Shown: piece after piece, positions 28,917 to 38,191 of the stretch
Numbering within the stretch: position 1 is the stretch's first letter
How the letters are laid out: every line of letters starts with the position of its first letter
Assembly: GCA_965219445.1 (NCBI GenBank)
Contig: CBDCNQ010000004.1
Coordinates: forward strand, 800,001 to 864,000
DNA from: Longimicrobiales bacterium
GTDB lineage: Bacteria; Gemmatimonadota; Gemmatimonadetes; Longimicrobiales; Gaopeijiaceae
Reading direction: 5' to 3'
Length of the DNA stretch: 64,000 bases
Notes under the pieces: generated by a model
What the model saw: the letters and a program-made list of their open reading frames with translations, nothing else
Databases searched by the model: none
What the model was told of the DNA's origin: nothing
Position numbers and translations under genes: made by a program

Positions 28917-29731
28917 GAGGGTACACGACCCGACAAGTGACCGAGATTCTCGGCATCCCTGCGTCCCGCCTTCGTTCGCTCGCGCGTTCGGGCCTCGTCG
29001 AACCGGAGCGTGGCAGCAGGAACGAGTATCGTTTCTCCTTCGCCGACGTCATCCTCCTCAGAACCACCCGAGACTTGATGCAGTCTGGCATCCCCTTACG
29101 CCAAGTGAAACGCGTGCTGAACTCGCTCCGCCGCCAGCTCCCCGAGGATCAACCCCTCAGCGCCCTCCACATCACTTCCGACGGCGATTCCGTCGTGGTC
29201 AAGGAAGAGAAGACCGTGTGGGATCCGCAGACCGAGCAGGTGCATCTGGATTTTTCCGTTCAGGAACTGGCGGAGAAGATCGCACCCATCGCGGGAGCGA
29301 TGGTGGAGCTCACGCCCCTCTCGGAAATGACAGCCGACGATTGGTACAACCTGGCTCTGGATCTGGAGGGTGTGGCGACCGACCGTGCCACCGAAGCTTA
29401 CAGTCGTGCAATAGCACTCCACCCTGGCCACGTGCATGCCCATCTCAATCTGGGACGGCTGCTCCACGAGGCCGGCGAGATCGCATCGGCCGAGGTCCAT
29501 TACCGCCAGGCTCTCTCCGCGAATCCCGAGTCGGCCCTCGCGGCATTCAATCTAGGTGTGGCGTTGGAGGATCTGGAGAGAGTGGGGGAAGCGATTGAAG
29601 CCTACGAGAGGGCCATTCACTTCGAGCCAGACACGGCTTCGGCCCATTACAACCTTTCTCGCCTCTACGAGAAAAAGGGCCAGACCAAAGAGGCGCTCCA
29701 GCACCTCGCAGATTATAAGCGCCTCGTTTAG
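28913..29731 (+). CDS. MerR-type HTH + tetratricopeptide repeat protein
   Basis: Extending the ORF to CTG 28913 (overlapping the Ku stop) gives 'RGYTTRQVTEILGIPASRLRSLARSGLVEPERGSRNEYRFSFAD' (MerR); C-terminal TPRs (AHLNLG, AAFNLG, AHYNLS). Confidence 0.85.
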   Translation: MRGYTTRQVTEILGIPASRLRSLARSGLVEPERGSRNEYRFSFADVILLRTTRDLMQSGIPLRQVKRVLNSLRRQLPEDQPLSALHITSDGDSVVVKEEKTVWDPQTEQVHLDFSVQELAEKIAPIAGAMVELTPLSEMTADDWYNLALDLEGVATDRATEAYSRAIALHPGHVHAHLNLGRLLHEAGEIASAEVHYRQALSANPESALAAFNLGVALEDLERVGEAIEAYERAIHFEPDTASAHYNLSRLYEKKGQTKEALQHLADYKRLV

Positions 29732-29742
29732 AGACCAGTCGA

Positions 29743-30546
29743 CTAGGGACCCGTCGACATCCGATCAAGGAACCGACGCTCCTCCGGCGAGAGGGACCCC
29801 ACTCCTTGCCGATCGACTCGAGCCAACAGTTCCTCGACTTCATTCCGATTGAGGTCGTGTATCGACGCCAAGTCGATGGACGCCCAGCGCCCCCTAGCAT
29901 CGCGCTCGGAACCCTCCATCGAAGCGGTATGCTGAACCTTGCGCTGGAAGTCCCGCCGATCCTTGCCCAAACGCCGGTCGCGCAGGCGAAGATACCCTGC
30001 GCCCACCGCGAGCCCGCCCAGGTGGGCGAAGTGTGCCGTGCCGCCATCCGATCCCGTGATCCCACTGTATAAGCTGATAGCCACGACGGCGACGGCCAGC
30101 CAGCGAGTTTGGACCGGCAGCACTCCGTAGATGTAGATCGGCTCCCGGGGCCAATACATGGCAAACCCAATAATGATGCCGTACACGGCCGCCGACGCCC
30201 CCACGACGGGAGCACCGTAGGAGAACGCGAATGTAAAGGCCGCGCCACCGAGACCACTCAGGAAGTAGAGCCCCAAGAAGCCTCTCGCCCCAAGGCGCGA
30301 TTCGAGGCGCGGTCCGAAAAAGAAGAGGCCGATCATGTTGAAGAGCAGGTGCATCAGCCCTGCGTGCAAGAACATGTACGTGAAGAGGGTCCAAGGCCGG
30401 AACGGCATTGCCGGGATGAAAACCTGGTCGAGCCCCACGACGGCCGGTGGAAACAGAGTCAGGAGGGCGTACGGGAGCGTTCCCGACGGCAGCACCAGGG
30501 CCACCATCACATTCGTCACCAGAAGCCGGGTCACCCAAGGTGTCAT
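29743..30546 (-). CDS. Rhomboid family intramembrane serine protease
   Basis: YMFLH..LMHLLFNM, GASAA, AHFAHLGG. Confidence 0.92.
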   Translation of the reverse strand: MTPWVTRLLVTNVMVALVLPSGTLPYALLTLFPPAVVGLDQVFIPAMPFRPWTLFTYMFLHAGLMHLLFNMIGLFFFGPRLESRLGARGFLGLYFLSGLGGAAFTFAFSYGAPVVGASAAVYGIIIGFAMYWPREPIYIYGVLPVQTRWLAVAVVAISLYSGITGSDGGTAHFAHLGGLAVGAGYLRLRDRRLGKDRRDFQRKVQHTASMEGSERDARGRWASIDLASIHDLNRNEVEELLARVDRQGVGSLSPEERRFLDRMSTGP

Positions 30547-30692
30547 ATGCCGATCGCTTCTCCTGTGGAGAGGGGAATTTTCATGAAACGATAAAGCCGT
30601 GATCCCTAGATCCCAAGCGAATCATCCCACGATCCCTATGCCCTCTCCGGTGTCCCGCCCCCGCTCCGGAGCAACAAAATCAGCCGAGCTAC

Positions 30693-31949
30693 TCACCTCA
30701 GCCGCTCCAGTCCGAGGGGGCCCGCCGGAAGTGACGTACGTTTATCCAACACGTACCCCTCGATCAATTTTCCGGTCACTGGACCGAGTGTAAGCCCGAG
30801 CATCGCGTGCCCTGTTGCCACAAAGAGCCCGGATTGCCCTGGGACCGGACCCACGTACGGAATCCCGTCGGGAGTGCACGGCCTGAGCCCGCACCACTCC
30901 GAGCGGATCACCGCACCCCGTACACCATCCAAGTAGGTCTCGGCGGCGGCGGTCAACTGCTTCAAGCGCTGCGGTCGCATCTCGTGGTTGACGCCTGAAA
31001 ACTCGAGGGTGCCGGCCAAACGTGTGAACCCGGCCATTGGCGTGCAAAAGACGGAAGTCTCGGTAAGAACACACGCGATACTCAATGGGCGGGGGCCAGC
31101 AGCCGCGTGCTCGAGATCCCGGTGATAGCCCTTCCCGGCTTGGACCGGAAGACGGAGCCCGAATTTCCTCGCCAGGCCCCCGCCGTAGGATCCTGTCGCG
31201 AGGACCACCGCATCCGCGTTCAGAATTCTGCCATCCTCGAGGCGCACGCCCCTCACCTCGCTTCCAGTACTCAGGATTTCCGAAACGCCGTGCCCTGTCT
31301 CGATCCGTGCTCCACGGCGAACCGATCGGTCCGCCAGCTCCACCACGAACCGATGGGGGTCGCATGTCGCCGCCTCCGGGAAGTGGACGCCGCCCACGAC
31401 GCCCTCGAGAATGGCGGGCTCGATCTCGCTCAATTCGTCTCCGTCCATTTGGCGGGGGTGATATCCGTACTGCCTCATCATGGCTGCATCATGCGTCACT
31501 TCGGCGAATCCCTTCTTGGTGCGGCAGATCTCGTAATAGCCACTGCGCTGGTAGTCGCAACTCAGGCGCTCGGATTCGACCAGGACGTCGAACAGGTCGA
31601 GAGAGGCCTGCCCGAGCGGAGCCAGCGCACCCATGCTCACTGAAAGGTGGTGGTCGGTGCAGAACGTGCGGAACATCCACAACCATCGAAACAGGCTCGG
31701 ATCCCACCGCACCGGGATGTAGAGCGGGCTCCTTGGGTTGAGAAGCTCCAAAAGAGAGCGCCGGATTCTGCCTGGCTTGTTGAGGGGTGGATGCCCAGGC
31801 GCAATCGTTCCAGCGTTGCCGAATGAAGCCCCACCACCGATCTCGTCCCGCTCCACCAAAGTGACGTCGGCACCCGCCTTGGCCAGGAAGTAGGCGGAAC
31901 ACACACCGATCACGCCGCCACCGACGACTACGACGCGATGTTCGGCCAT
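30693..31949 (-). CDS. FAD-dependent D-amino acid dehydrogenase family oxidoreductase
   Basis: VVGGGVIG, ASFGNAG, GKGY, WCGLRPCTPDG, TGHAMLGLTLGPVTG. Confidence 0.9.
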   Translation of the reverse strand: MAEHRVVVVGGGVIGVCSAYFLAKAGADVTLVERDEIGGGASFGNAGTIAPGHPPLNKPGRIRRSLLELLNPRSPLYIPVRWDPSLFRWLWMFRTFCTDHHLSVSMGALAPLGQASLDLFDVLVESERLSCDYQRSGYYEICRTKKGFAEVTHDAAMMRQYGYHPRQMDGDELSEIEPAILEGVVGGVHFPEAATCDPHRFVVELADRSVRRGARIETGHGVSEILSTGSEVRGVRLEDGRILNADAVVLATGSYGGGLARKFGLRLPVQAGKGYHRDLEHAAAGPRPLSIACVLTETSVFCTPMAGFTRLAGTLEFSGVNHEMRPQRLKQLTAAAETYLDGVRGAVIRSEWCGLRPCTPDGIPYVGPVPGQSGLFVATGHAMLGLTLGPVTGKLIEGYVLDKRTSLPAGPLGLERLR

Positions 31950-32128
31950 GGGGGCTCGCCCCGCCACTTGGGGGGCGGGGTGTCCGCGGTCCTCCGGTGG
32001 TCCATTCTGGGTCTCGCTCGTGTCCTGAAAGGCGATGCAGGGCCAGCTAGTTATACCTAAATCCAATCACCTTCCCTGGCGAACCCGTTGAGGACGACAC
32101 GGGACCGCGCGTCTCAGGGCTAGACCTG

Positions 32129-34028
32129 ATCGGGATAGGGGAGGACCGGCGATCCCGGTCCTTCCCCTCCCACACCACCAGGCATGCGGGTCCGCACCTG
32201 GCGGTTCGGTGAGTTGAGGTCAGTACGGCGTGAGCCGGGGCACACCCAGCTCGTCGAAGTACGCCCCTGGCAAGGCCGTGTGCAGGGCGTGGTGCGCGGC
32301 CACGTGCCACCAGCTTCGCGCGAACCGAGCAGCTCGCCAGGCGAGGTTCTCGCTCACACCGCGAGCCCTCAACTCCCGGTACGCTGTCCTTCCCCGTTTC
32401 CACTGGCGTAATTGCAACGTACGCAGCCGGCGGTGGATCCATTGGTCCAGGTCTCGGAAAACCCCCGGTGTATCCGCTAAGCCGAAGTATGCCTTCCACC
32501 CCAGCACGTAGCGCCGTAGCTCTTCTGCCACCTGTTGCAGGCTCCGCCCGCCACTCCGGCTTGTAATCTGCCGGACTCGCTCCTTGAACTTCGTCAGGGC
32601 CTTCTTGCTGACCCGGCGCTTCACGACCTTCCCTGCCGCTACCCAGAAGCTGTAGCCCAGGAACTGTCGATCCCACACTCGCGCCACCGCGCTCTTTTCC
32701 TCGTTGACCTGAAGCCGAAGTTTCCCGTACAAGTGCCTCAGCGCCTGCATCACACGTTGTCCTGCCCGCCTCGACCGCACGTATACATTGCAGTCATCGG
32801 CGTACCGGACAAACGCGTGTCCGCGTAGCTCCAACTCCTTGTCCACTTCGTCCAGGAGCACGTTCGCCAGCAACGGCGACAACGGTCCGCCCTGAGGCGT
32901 CCCCATGTGCCGCTCCATCACCACCCCGTTCGCCATGACTCCGGCTTCCAGGTAGCGACGGAGGATCCGCAGCATCGCCTTATCCTCGATCCGCTTTGCC
33001 AGCCGCCCCATCAGCACGTCGTGGTTCACCCGGTCGAAAAACTTCTCCAGGTCCACATCCACCACCCATCGTCTCCCTTCCTGGATGTATTGCTGCGCTT
33101 CGCGCACCGCATCGTGTGCTCGGCGCCCAGGCCGGAAGCCGTGGCTGTGCCGACTGAACGTCGGGTCGAACCTCGGTTGCAGCACCTGCAGGATGGCTTG
33201 TTGGATGAACCGGTCCAGCACGGTCGGAATCCCCAACTCCCGGACCCCTCCCCCACTCTTCGGTATCTCCTGCCTTCGTACCGGCTTCGGTTGGTAGGTC
33301 CCCGCCAGCAACCGCTGTCGGATCTCCCCCCAGTGCCTGCGCAAGTACTCTGGCAGCTCCTCCACGTTCATCCCGTCGATGCCCGGACTGCCCTTATTCT
33401 GCCGCACGCGTTTCAACGCTCCTACGAGGTTGGCACGCCCGACCACCTCCTGCATCAGGAGATGCTCGCTTCCTGAGCGCTCGTCTCCATGGGCCACCGT
33501 TCCGGCTTCGCCACTCCCCTCTACCTTCGGGGCTTCACCCCTATCCTCCAGTGGGAGCCCCAGTTGCCTGGACTCCTGGCGCATGGCCTTGCCGAGGTCC
33601 ACGGTCGTCACGCTCTCCTCTCCGTTCGGCCCTTCGTCCGACAAAGCTGGGTCCAAGCGCATCATGCACTTCGTCGGCCTACTATGGCCTCTGCTGACTT
33701 CTCGCTCCGCCGGCAGGCCCAACAGCGCAGTGCCGGCGTCACCCTTTCAGGCGTCAGGCGAGACCTCCCCGGGTAAGAACGATGACCTTCCCCGCACAAT
33801 CGCCGGATCTACGCCGCTTCCCCTTGGTCGCAGGAGCTTCGCGGTCAGTGGTCCGCTCGCCCCGGTCCGCAGCGCCTCGTATCCGGTTCCTGTTCGTCGA
33901 CTCACGGGTTCGTTTCACGCTTCGTTCAGCGTACGCCTCACGACGAACGCCTTGCGCTTCCCTTCGGTCCCTGCGACCAGGTTCCGGGAGGACTTTCACC
34001 TCCAAGTCATCGCCCATGCCGGGCCCAC
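32129..34028 (-). mobile_element. Group IIC intron (complete ribozyme plus RT ORF), about 1.9 kb
   Basis: 5' end GTGGGCCCGGCATGGGCG at 34028; domain V GAACCGCCAGGTGCGGACCCGCATGCCTGGTGGTGT with the IIC-type CGC triad; domain VI hairpin with bulged A ending CCCGAT at 32129; lies downstream of a 13-bp hairpin. Confidence 0.92.
32220..33611 (-). CDS. ltrA: Group II intron reverse transcriptase/maturase (no endonuclease domain)
   Basis: NKGSPGIDG, RELGIPTVLDRFIQQA, SHGFRPGR, DLEKFFD, GTPQGGPLSPLLAN, RYADD, FLGYSF, domain X 'GWKAYF'; GTG start after GGAGAGGAG inferred (track ORF starts at 33722). Confidence 0.95.
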   Translation of the reverse strand: MTTVDLGKAMRQESRQLGLPLEDRGEAPKVEGSGEAGTVAHGDERSGSEHLLMQEVVGRANLVGALKRVRQNKGSPGIDGMNVEELPEYLRRHWGEIRQRLLAGTYQPKPVRRQEIPKSGGGVRELGIPTVLDRFIQQAILQVLQPRFDPTFSRHSHGFRPGRRAHDAVREAQQYIQEGRRWVVDVDLEKFFDRVNHDVLMGRLAKRIEDKAMLRILRRYLEAGVMANGVVMERHMGTPQGGPLSPLLANVLLDEVDKELELRGHAFVRYADDCNVYVRSRRAGQRVMQALRHLYGKLRLQVNEEKSAVARVWDRQFLGYSFWVAAGKVVKRRVSKKALTKFKERVRQITSRSGGRSLQQVAEELRRYVLGWKAYFGLADTPGVFRDLDQWIHRRLRTLQLRQWKRGRTAYRELRARGVSENLAWRAARFARSWWHVAAHHALHTALPGAYFDELGVPRLTPY

Positions 34029-34044
34029 CACCAACCTGGACGAA

Positions 34045-34082
34045 CGCGGAGGGGGGCGGATGCCCCCCTCCGCGCTTTTTTG
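34045..34082. terminator. Intrinsic terminator-like hairpin (intron target structure)
   Basis: CGCGGAGGGGGGC-ggat-GCCCCCCTCCGCG followed by C and a T run on +; lies just past the stop codon of the DUF4399 gene. Confidence 0.8.
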
Positions 34083-34088
34083 CCAGGG

Positions 34089-34535
34089 CTACGGGACGAC
34101 GAAGCGTACGGTGTCGACCACCGTGGGGACCAAGGGCATGTGCGCCCCGTCGCCCACCACGGCGATCACCGTGTGTTCTCCAGACGTGAGATCTGTGAGT
34201 TCGTATTCGGTCTGCGCCTGCCCCATGTGGATGTGGACGCCCGGGGTCGAGGGAATCGGCATACCGCCAGCCGGAAGTGCGGCGTCCACCACCAGGTGAT
34301 GGTGGCCCGTTCCGGGGTCCATCGTACCCGCGGGCGCGATGGTCAGCCCTGAGACCTCCAGCGTCACCAGCACCGAACCGCCGGCCACCGTCGCTCCGTC
34401 GGCCGGCTGGGAGATCTGAACGGATGGGCCAGCCGCGGCGGGTGCACCCCCTTGTCCGCTCTCGGGCGCATCGCCACACGCGACGAGCACAAGTACGAGA
34501 GCACCGGCGGCCAGCCCTCTGACTCGTCCGTTCAT
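34089..34535 (-). CDS. DUF4399 family lipoprotein
   Basis: LVLVAC lipobox; 'PADGATV', 'GTGHHHLVVD', 'HIHMGQAQTE', 'GEHTV...GDGAH'. Confidence 0.85.
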   Translation of the reverse strand: MNGRVRGLAAGALVLVLVACGDAPESGQGGAPAAAGPSVQISQPADGATVAGGSVLVTLEVSGLTIAPAGTMDPGTGHHHLVVDAALPAGGMPIPSTPGVHIHMGQAQTEYELTDLTSGEHTVIAVVGDGAHMPLVPTVVDTVRFVVP

Positions 34536-34725
34536 TGCCGTTCGGACGTCAGGGGGTAGAGCGTGGCTTAGCAAGGCCATGACAGGCGAGATCATTGCAT
34601 TACTCCTGGCGGGAGGAAGGGCTTCTCTTAAGGCTCTCGAAGGAGCAACCTATTCCCGGGCTACTGCAGCGGGCAATATGTGCATCCGCAGTTGATCTTA
34701 GCCGCCATCCGCACGCCACCCAAAC

Positions 34726-35958
34726 CTAATCGGCTGGCACGTGAGCTCGATCGGCGGGAACTGGGGAATGCTGCGAAGGCGCAGGGGTTTTGTCTTCGTG
34801 GAGGGTGGAGAGTCGAGGTTCCCATTCGCCCATCATCGCTATAAACGCATTGGCGAGTGCCCCGTCGAATTCGGTCCCGGATTTTGCCTCGATGTATGCC
34901 AACACCTTCTTGGCAGGCCACGGATCCCGGTAGGGGCGCTTCGTGCGTAAAGCGTCGTATACATCACAGACATGCACGAGCTTGCTGGCAAAATGGCAAT
35001 CACGAGGATACCGCAACGACGGATAGCCTCCACCGTCGATCATGATGTGGTGCTCGTACGCGACCGAAGCCGCCAGGTCCAGCTGTTGATCGGAAGTGAG
35101 GATGATGCGAGCTCCTTCAGCGGCATGTGAATTCATGATCTCCCGCTCTTCGTCGCTGAACCTTCCGGGTTTGTTCAGAATCTCTTTTGGGATCTTCACC
35201 TTCCCCAAATCGTGCAGCAGACCGGCTACCCCGACCGCACGGATATCCCGCCCATCGAACCCTACCCACTCGGCGAGCCCCATACTCAGGACGCTGACGT
35301 TCAAGGAATGTGTCGTCGTGTACTCGTCGAATTGGCGGAGCCGCAGCAGCGGCAGCATCATCTGCCGATCGTCATGCATGGCCACCGTGAGCGAGCGGAC
35401 CACGGCCTCGGCTTCCATCAAGGGCAGCTCGCCGCCCTCCTGCAGCACGTTGTGGACCCACACGACAGCCTCCGCCTCCTCGTTGAGGCTGAACGGAATG
35501 GTCTCCGTCGCGACCTCTCTCGCCTCCGGTTTTTCCTCCGGGGCGCTTTCGTCACCAACCCCCACCGCCCCGAAGCGAATGCCCGTCACCATCTCCTGCC
35601 GTGCTACCGACGAAGACGTGGGCCGGAGCGTGAGGCGGGCGACGATGTCGTCCAGGAGTGCGTCGAGTTCTTCGATCGAGATCGGGACACTCGAGTCGAA
35701 CTCCAGCCGCTGCATGCCAATTCCGGCGAGGCGACCACTCCACTCCCAGTCGCGCATCTCCCGAAGCGGTTGTTTCCCCAGAACAACCTCGTCCCCCAAG
35801 AACGAAAATACTGGCCGCTCGTCCACCGCAAGGAGATCTAACAACCGTTGATATGCGTCGGTGAGGGCGCCCTCCCTTCTTGCGTGCCCCGGGGGATACA
35901 GCGCCACCACGGCAAGCGCCCGCGCAAGCGCGTGCAAGAACTCCACCGCTTCAGACAT
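34726..35958 (-). CDS. HD-GYP domain cyclic-dinucleotide phosphodiesterase family protein
   Basis: YTTTHSLNV, GLLHDLGK, HHIMIDGGGYP, DVYDALRTKRPYR. Confidence 0.9.
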   Translation of the reverse strand: MSEAVEFLHALARALAVVALYPPGHARREGALTDAYQRLLDLLAVDERPVFSFLGDEVVLGKQPLREMRDWEWSGRLAGIGMQRLEFDSSVPISIEELDALLDDIVARLTLRPTSSSVARQEMVTGIRFGAVGVGDESAPEEKPEAREVATETIPFSLNEEAEAVVWVHNVLQEGGELPLMEAEAVVRSLTVAMHDDRQMMLPLLRLRQFDEYTTTHSLNVSVLSMGLAEWVGFDGRDIRAVGVAGLLHDLGKVKIPKEILNKPGRFSDEEREIMNSHAAEGARIILTSDQQLDLAASVAYEHHIMIDGGGYPSLRYPRDCHFASKLVHVCDVYDALRTKRPYRDPWPAKKVLAYIEAKSGTEFDGALANAFIAMMGEWEPRLSTLHEDKTPAPSQHSPVPADRAHVPAD

Positions 35959-38077
35959 CTATGTCGTCTCCTTCTCGCGCTGCTTCTGCGATCTCGGGAT
36001 CGCGTCGCTGCCGAGCCAGGTCGAGCACCTTACGTACGCGAGGGTCGTAGGAGCTGGAGCGGAGTGCGCGGAGGGCCGCCAGATATATGGGATCCTTGGG
36101 AGGATGCTTGAGGCGGAATAGGCCCCGTTTGGGTTGGGTGATCTTCAGCAGTGCGGACAACGCCATCTCGTTGCCGACGGCTTCGAGGACGCGTATGGCC
36201 AAGAGGCGGATGTCCGTCGGTCCGGAAGAGGCCTGAGACACGACCCTCGAGAGCGCGGCAGGAGGACAGCTCTCCAAGGCCGCGGTGAGGGCAAAACGAA
36301 CCGTCTTCTCTTCCTCGTCGGTGAGCCCGCGGGTGATCGCTTTTTCGCGACCCTCCAGCAAGCGGGTGCCGAGCCGTACCGCTTCGTAACGCACGCGGTG
36401 ATCTTCATGTTGGAGGTAGCGATCTGGAATGAAGCCCTCGGGTACCGCGTCGGCTCCGTTGAGGAGCCACAACATGTTGCGCGTCACGTACCAGCGAGGA
36501 TCGTCGAGATGCCGGGTCGCTAGCGGCGCAACGTCGGGTTGCAGCATGACGAGCCGATCCATCAACAACCGCCGCACCTGTCGTGACTCCGTATCAACCA
36601 ACGCCTGCATCATCGGCTCGACAGCCGATTCGCCCACCAGTTCGATCAATGCGTCGAGAACAGTGGGATCCACGGCTTCGGTGTCGAGCAGCTGCTGCAG
36701 GAGTTTCCCAAACTCCTGGGTGCTGCCGACGAGGGACTGGGTCAGGGCGCTCGTCCTGTTGTCGGCGATGCGGGCGAGCAACCAAGACGCATCTTCCGTT
36801 TCGATGAGCTGCCTAACCGCGTTGGATACCGACTCTCCGACCACATCTATTTCGAACGCCATGTCCACGACGCGTCTTGGCTCCGCGTCGGCCAATCGTA
36901 TCCCTGCCGTGAAAGAGTCGGGATCGGCTGCGGACAGCTCGCTGAGCGCAGAGGTGTAATCCTTCGGGTTCGGGTCCTTTGGCGTCCAACCGGTGACCAG
37001 ATCGGAAACTTGCTCCTGAATGGATTCGAGAGCGTGTCGTCTCTTGATCCCGGTAGATCGGTCGGCATGCTGGGCGAGTTTTCCCAACATGCGGAGCATG
37101 GGATGTGAGACCCTTTTTTCTTCCGAGTGGGAGGCGGCTTCGATCAGACGGAGAACGGAGCCCCCCTTCATGCCCCGGGACGCGTTCACCAGGAATTGGT
37201 GCCGTTGTCCGCTGTCGCCGCCCATCTTGAGCAGCCGGGAGAGAGCATCCGGGTCCATCGCCGCTACCAGCTCCTCCATACGTTGGTTCAGTAGGACCGC
37301 CTCGGGACCGGTGGCGGTCTTCAGCTCCTGGACGATCTGGAGCAAGTAACCGACAATCACCTGATCGTATGCGTCGCTTTCGGAGTGTTCGGAGATGGCC
37401 CGCGCGACCGTCGCCGGGTCGCGCGACACCTCGTCGGTCTCCTCATCGGATGACGGGGCATCGTGCGCCGCCCGCGTCACCGCGGCTTTTGCCAACCCCA
37501 CCCAAAGCTGTGCGAACCGAGTGCGAGCTGCCCGGGCATCTCGATCTTCCTCAACGGTTCCGTCGTCGTCCAACAATCGGAGACTGTCATACGCAACCGG
37601 GTGCATATGGATGTTCGACTGTTGTTCTCTCCGCTCCTGCGGTCCCAGACCCAAGGGCTGTCCGGTGAGGTCGGGCTCCTCCGCCATGAGGTTGAGAAAC
37701 TGTATGACCTCGCGCTTGCTCACCCCCTGATGAAAGCTGACCGCACCCAGGTGATGCCGGCGCAACCGCTCCGCAAGCTCGCGCAGGAGAGGGTTGTTGA
37801 CGTCGGTTGCCACTCCCTCGATTACGAGCTGGTCTCTGGCGGCACCGATCGACAGGGTGCCCCTTTCTCTCAGTAAGTACTTGACCCGGTCGGTTACCTG
37901 CATCGCGGCGGGGTCCAGCGAAGGATGCCCGGGGGGATACATACCGTGTTGATGGATGCCGATCGAAAGCTCTATGAGAAACTCGCTGAGCTCGCGCGAC
38001 AAATTCGCCCCCGAAACATGAGGAGGGGCCGCCTGGTCAGGAGGCGTCGCTGGGCCGTTCTTTTCGGAAGGATTCAA
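35951..38077 (-). CDS. HEAT-repeat protein with a YPPGH N-terminal domain
   Basis: 'LDDPRWYVTRNMLWLL', 'HEDHRVRYEAV' HEAT-like repeats; overlaps the HD-GYP start. Confidence 0.75.
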   Translation of the reverse strand: MNPSEKNGPATPPDQAAPPHVSGANLSRELSEFLIELSIGIHQHGMYPPGHPSLDPAAMQVTDRVKYLLRERGTLSIGAARDQLVIEGVATDVNNPLLRELAERLRRHHLGAVSFHQGVSKREVIQFLNLMAEEPDLTGQPLGLGPQERREQQSNIHMHPVAYDSLRLLDDDGTVEEDRDARAARTRFAQLWVGLAKAAVTRAAHDAPSSDEETDEVSRDPATVARAISEHSESDAYDQVIVGYLLQIVQELKTATGPEAVLLNQRMEELVAAMDPDALSRLLKMGGDSGQRHQFLVNASRGMKGGSVLRLIEAASHSEEKRVSHPMLRMLGKLAQHADRSTGIKRRHALESIQEQVSDLVTGWTPKDPNPKDYTSALSELSAADPDSFTAGIRLADAEPRRVVDMAFEIDVVGESVSNAVRQLIETEDASWLLARIADNRTSALTQSLVGSTQEFGKLLQQLLDTEAVDPTVLDALIELVGESAVEPMMQALVDTESRQVRRLLMDRLVMLQPDVAPLATRHLDDPRWYVTRNMLWLLNGADAVPEGFIPDRYLQHEDHRVRYEAVRLGTRLLEGREKAITRGLTDEEEKTVRFALTAALESCPPAALSRVVSQASSGPTDIRLLAIRVLEAVGNEMALSALLKITQPKRGLFRLKHPPKDPIYLAALRALRSSSYDPRVRKVLDLARQRRDPEIAEAAREGDDIDV

Positions 38078-38191
38078 AGCTCGCTACGATTAAGCGGTTG
38101 GCGACCATGGTATATAACAAGATCATGCCGTCTACAGCTTCAACGCCACTTGTTTTTCGGGGGTCAACTTACAATGCGTGACGGTACTCCC

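Noticed and set aside
30598..30645. GATCCC-rich repeats upstream of the rhomboid gene
   Set aside because: Short, irregularly spaced and too degenerate to distinguish from chance.
32220..33722. Retron, DGR or defence-type reverse transcriptase
   Set aside because: Domain X and flanking ribozyme domains V/VI identify a group II intron maturase; no template/variable repeat pair or msr-msd seen.
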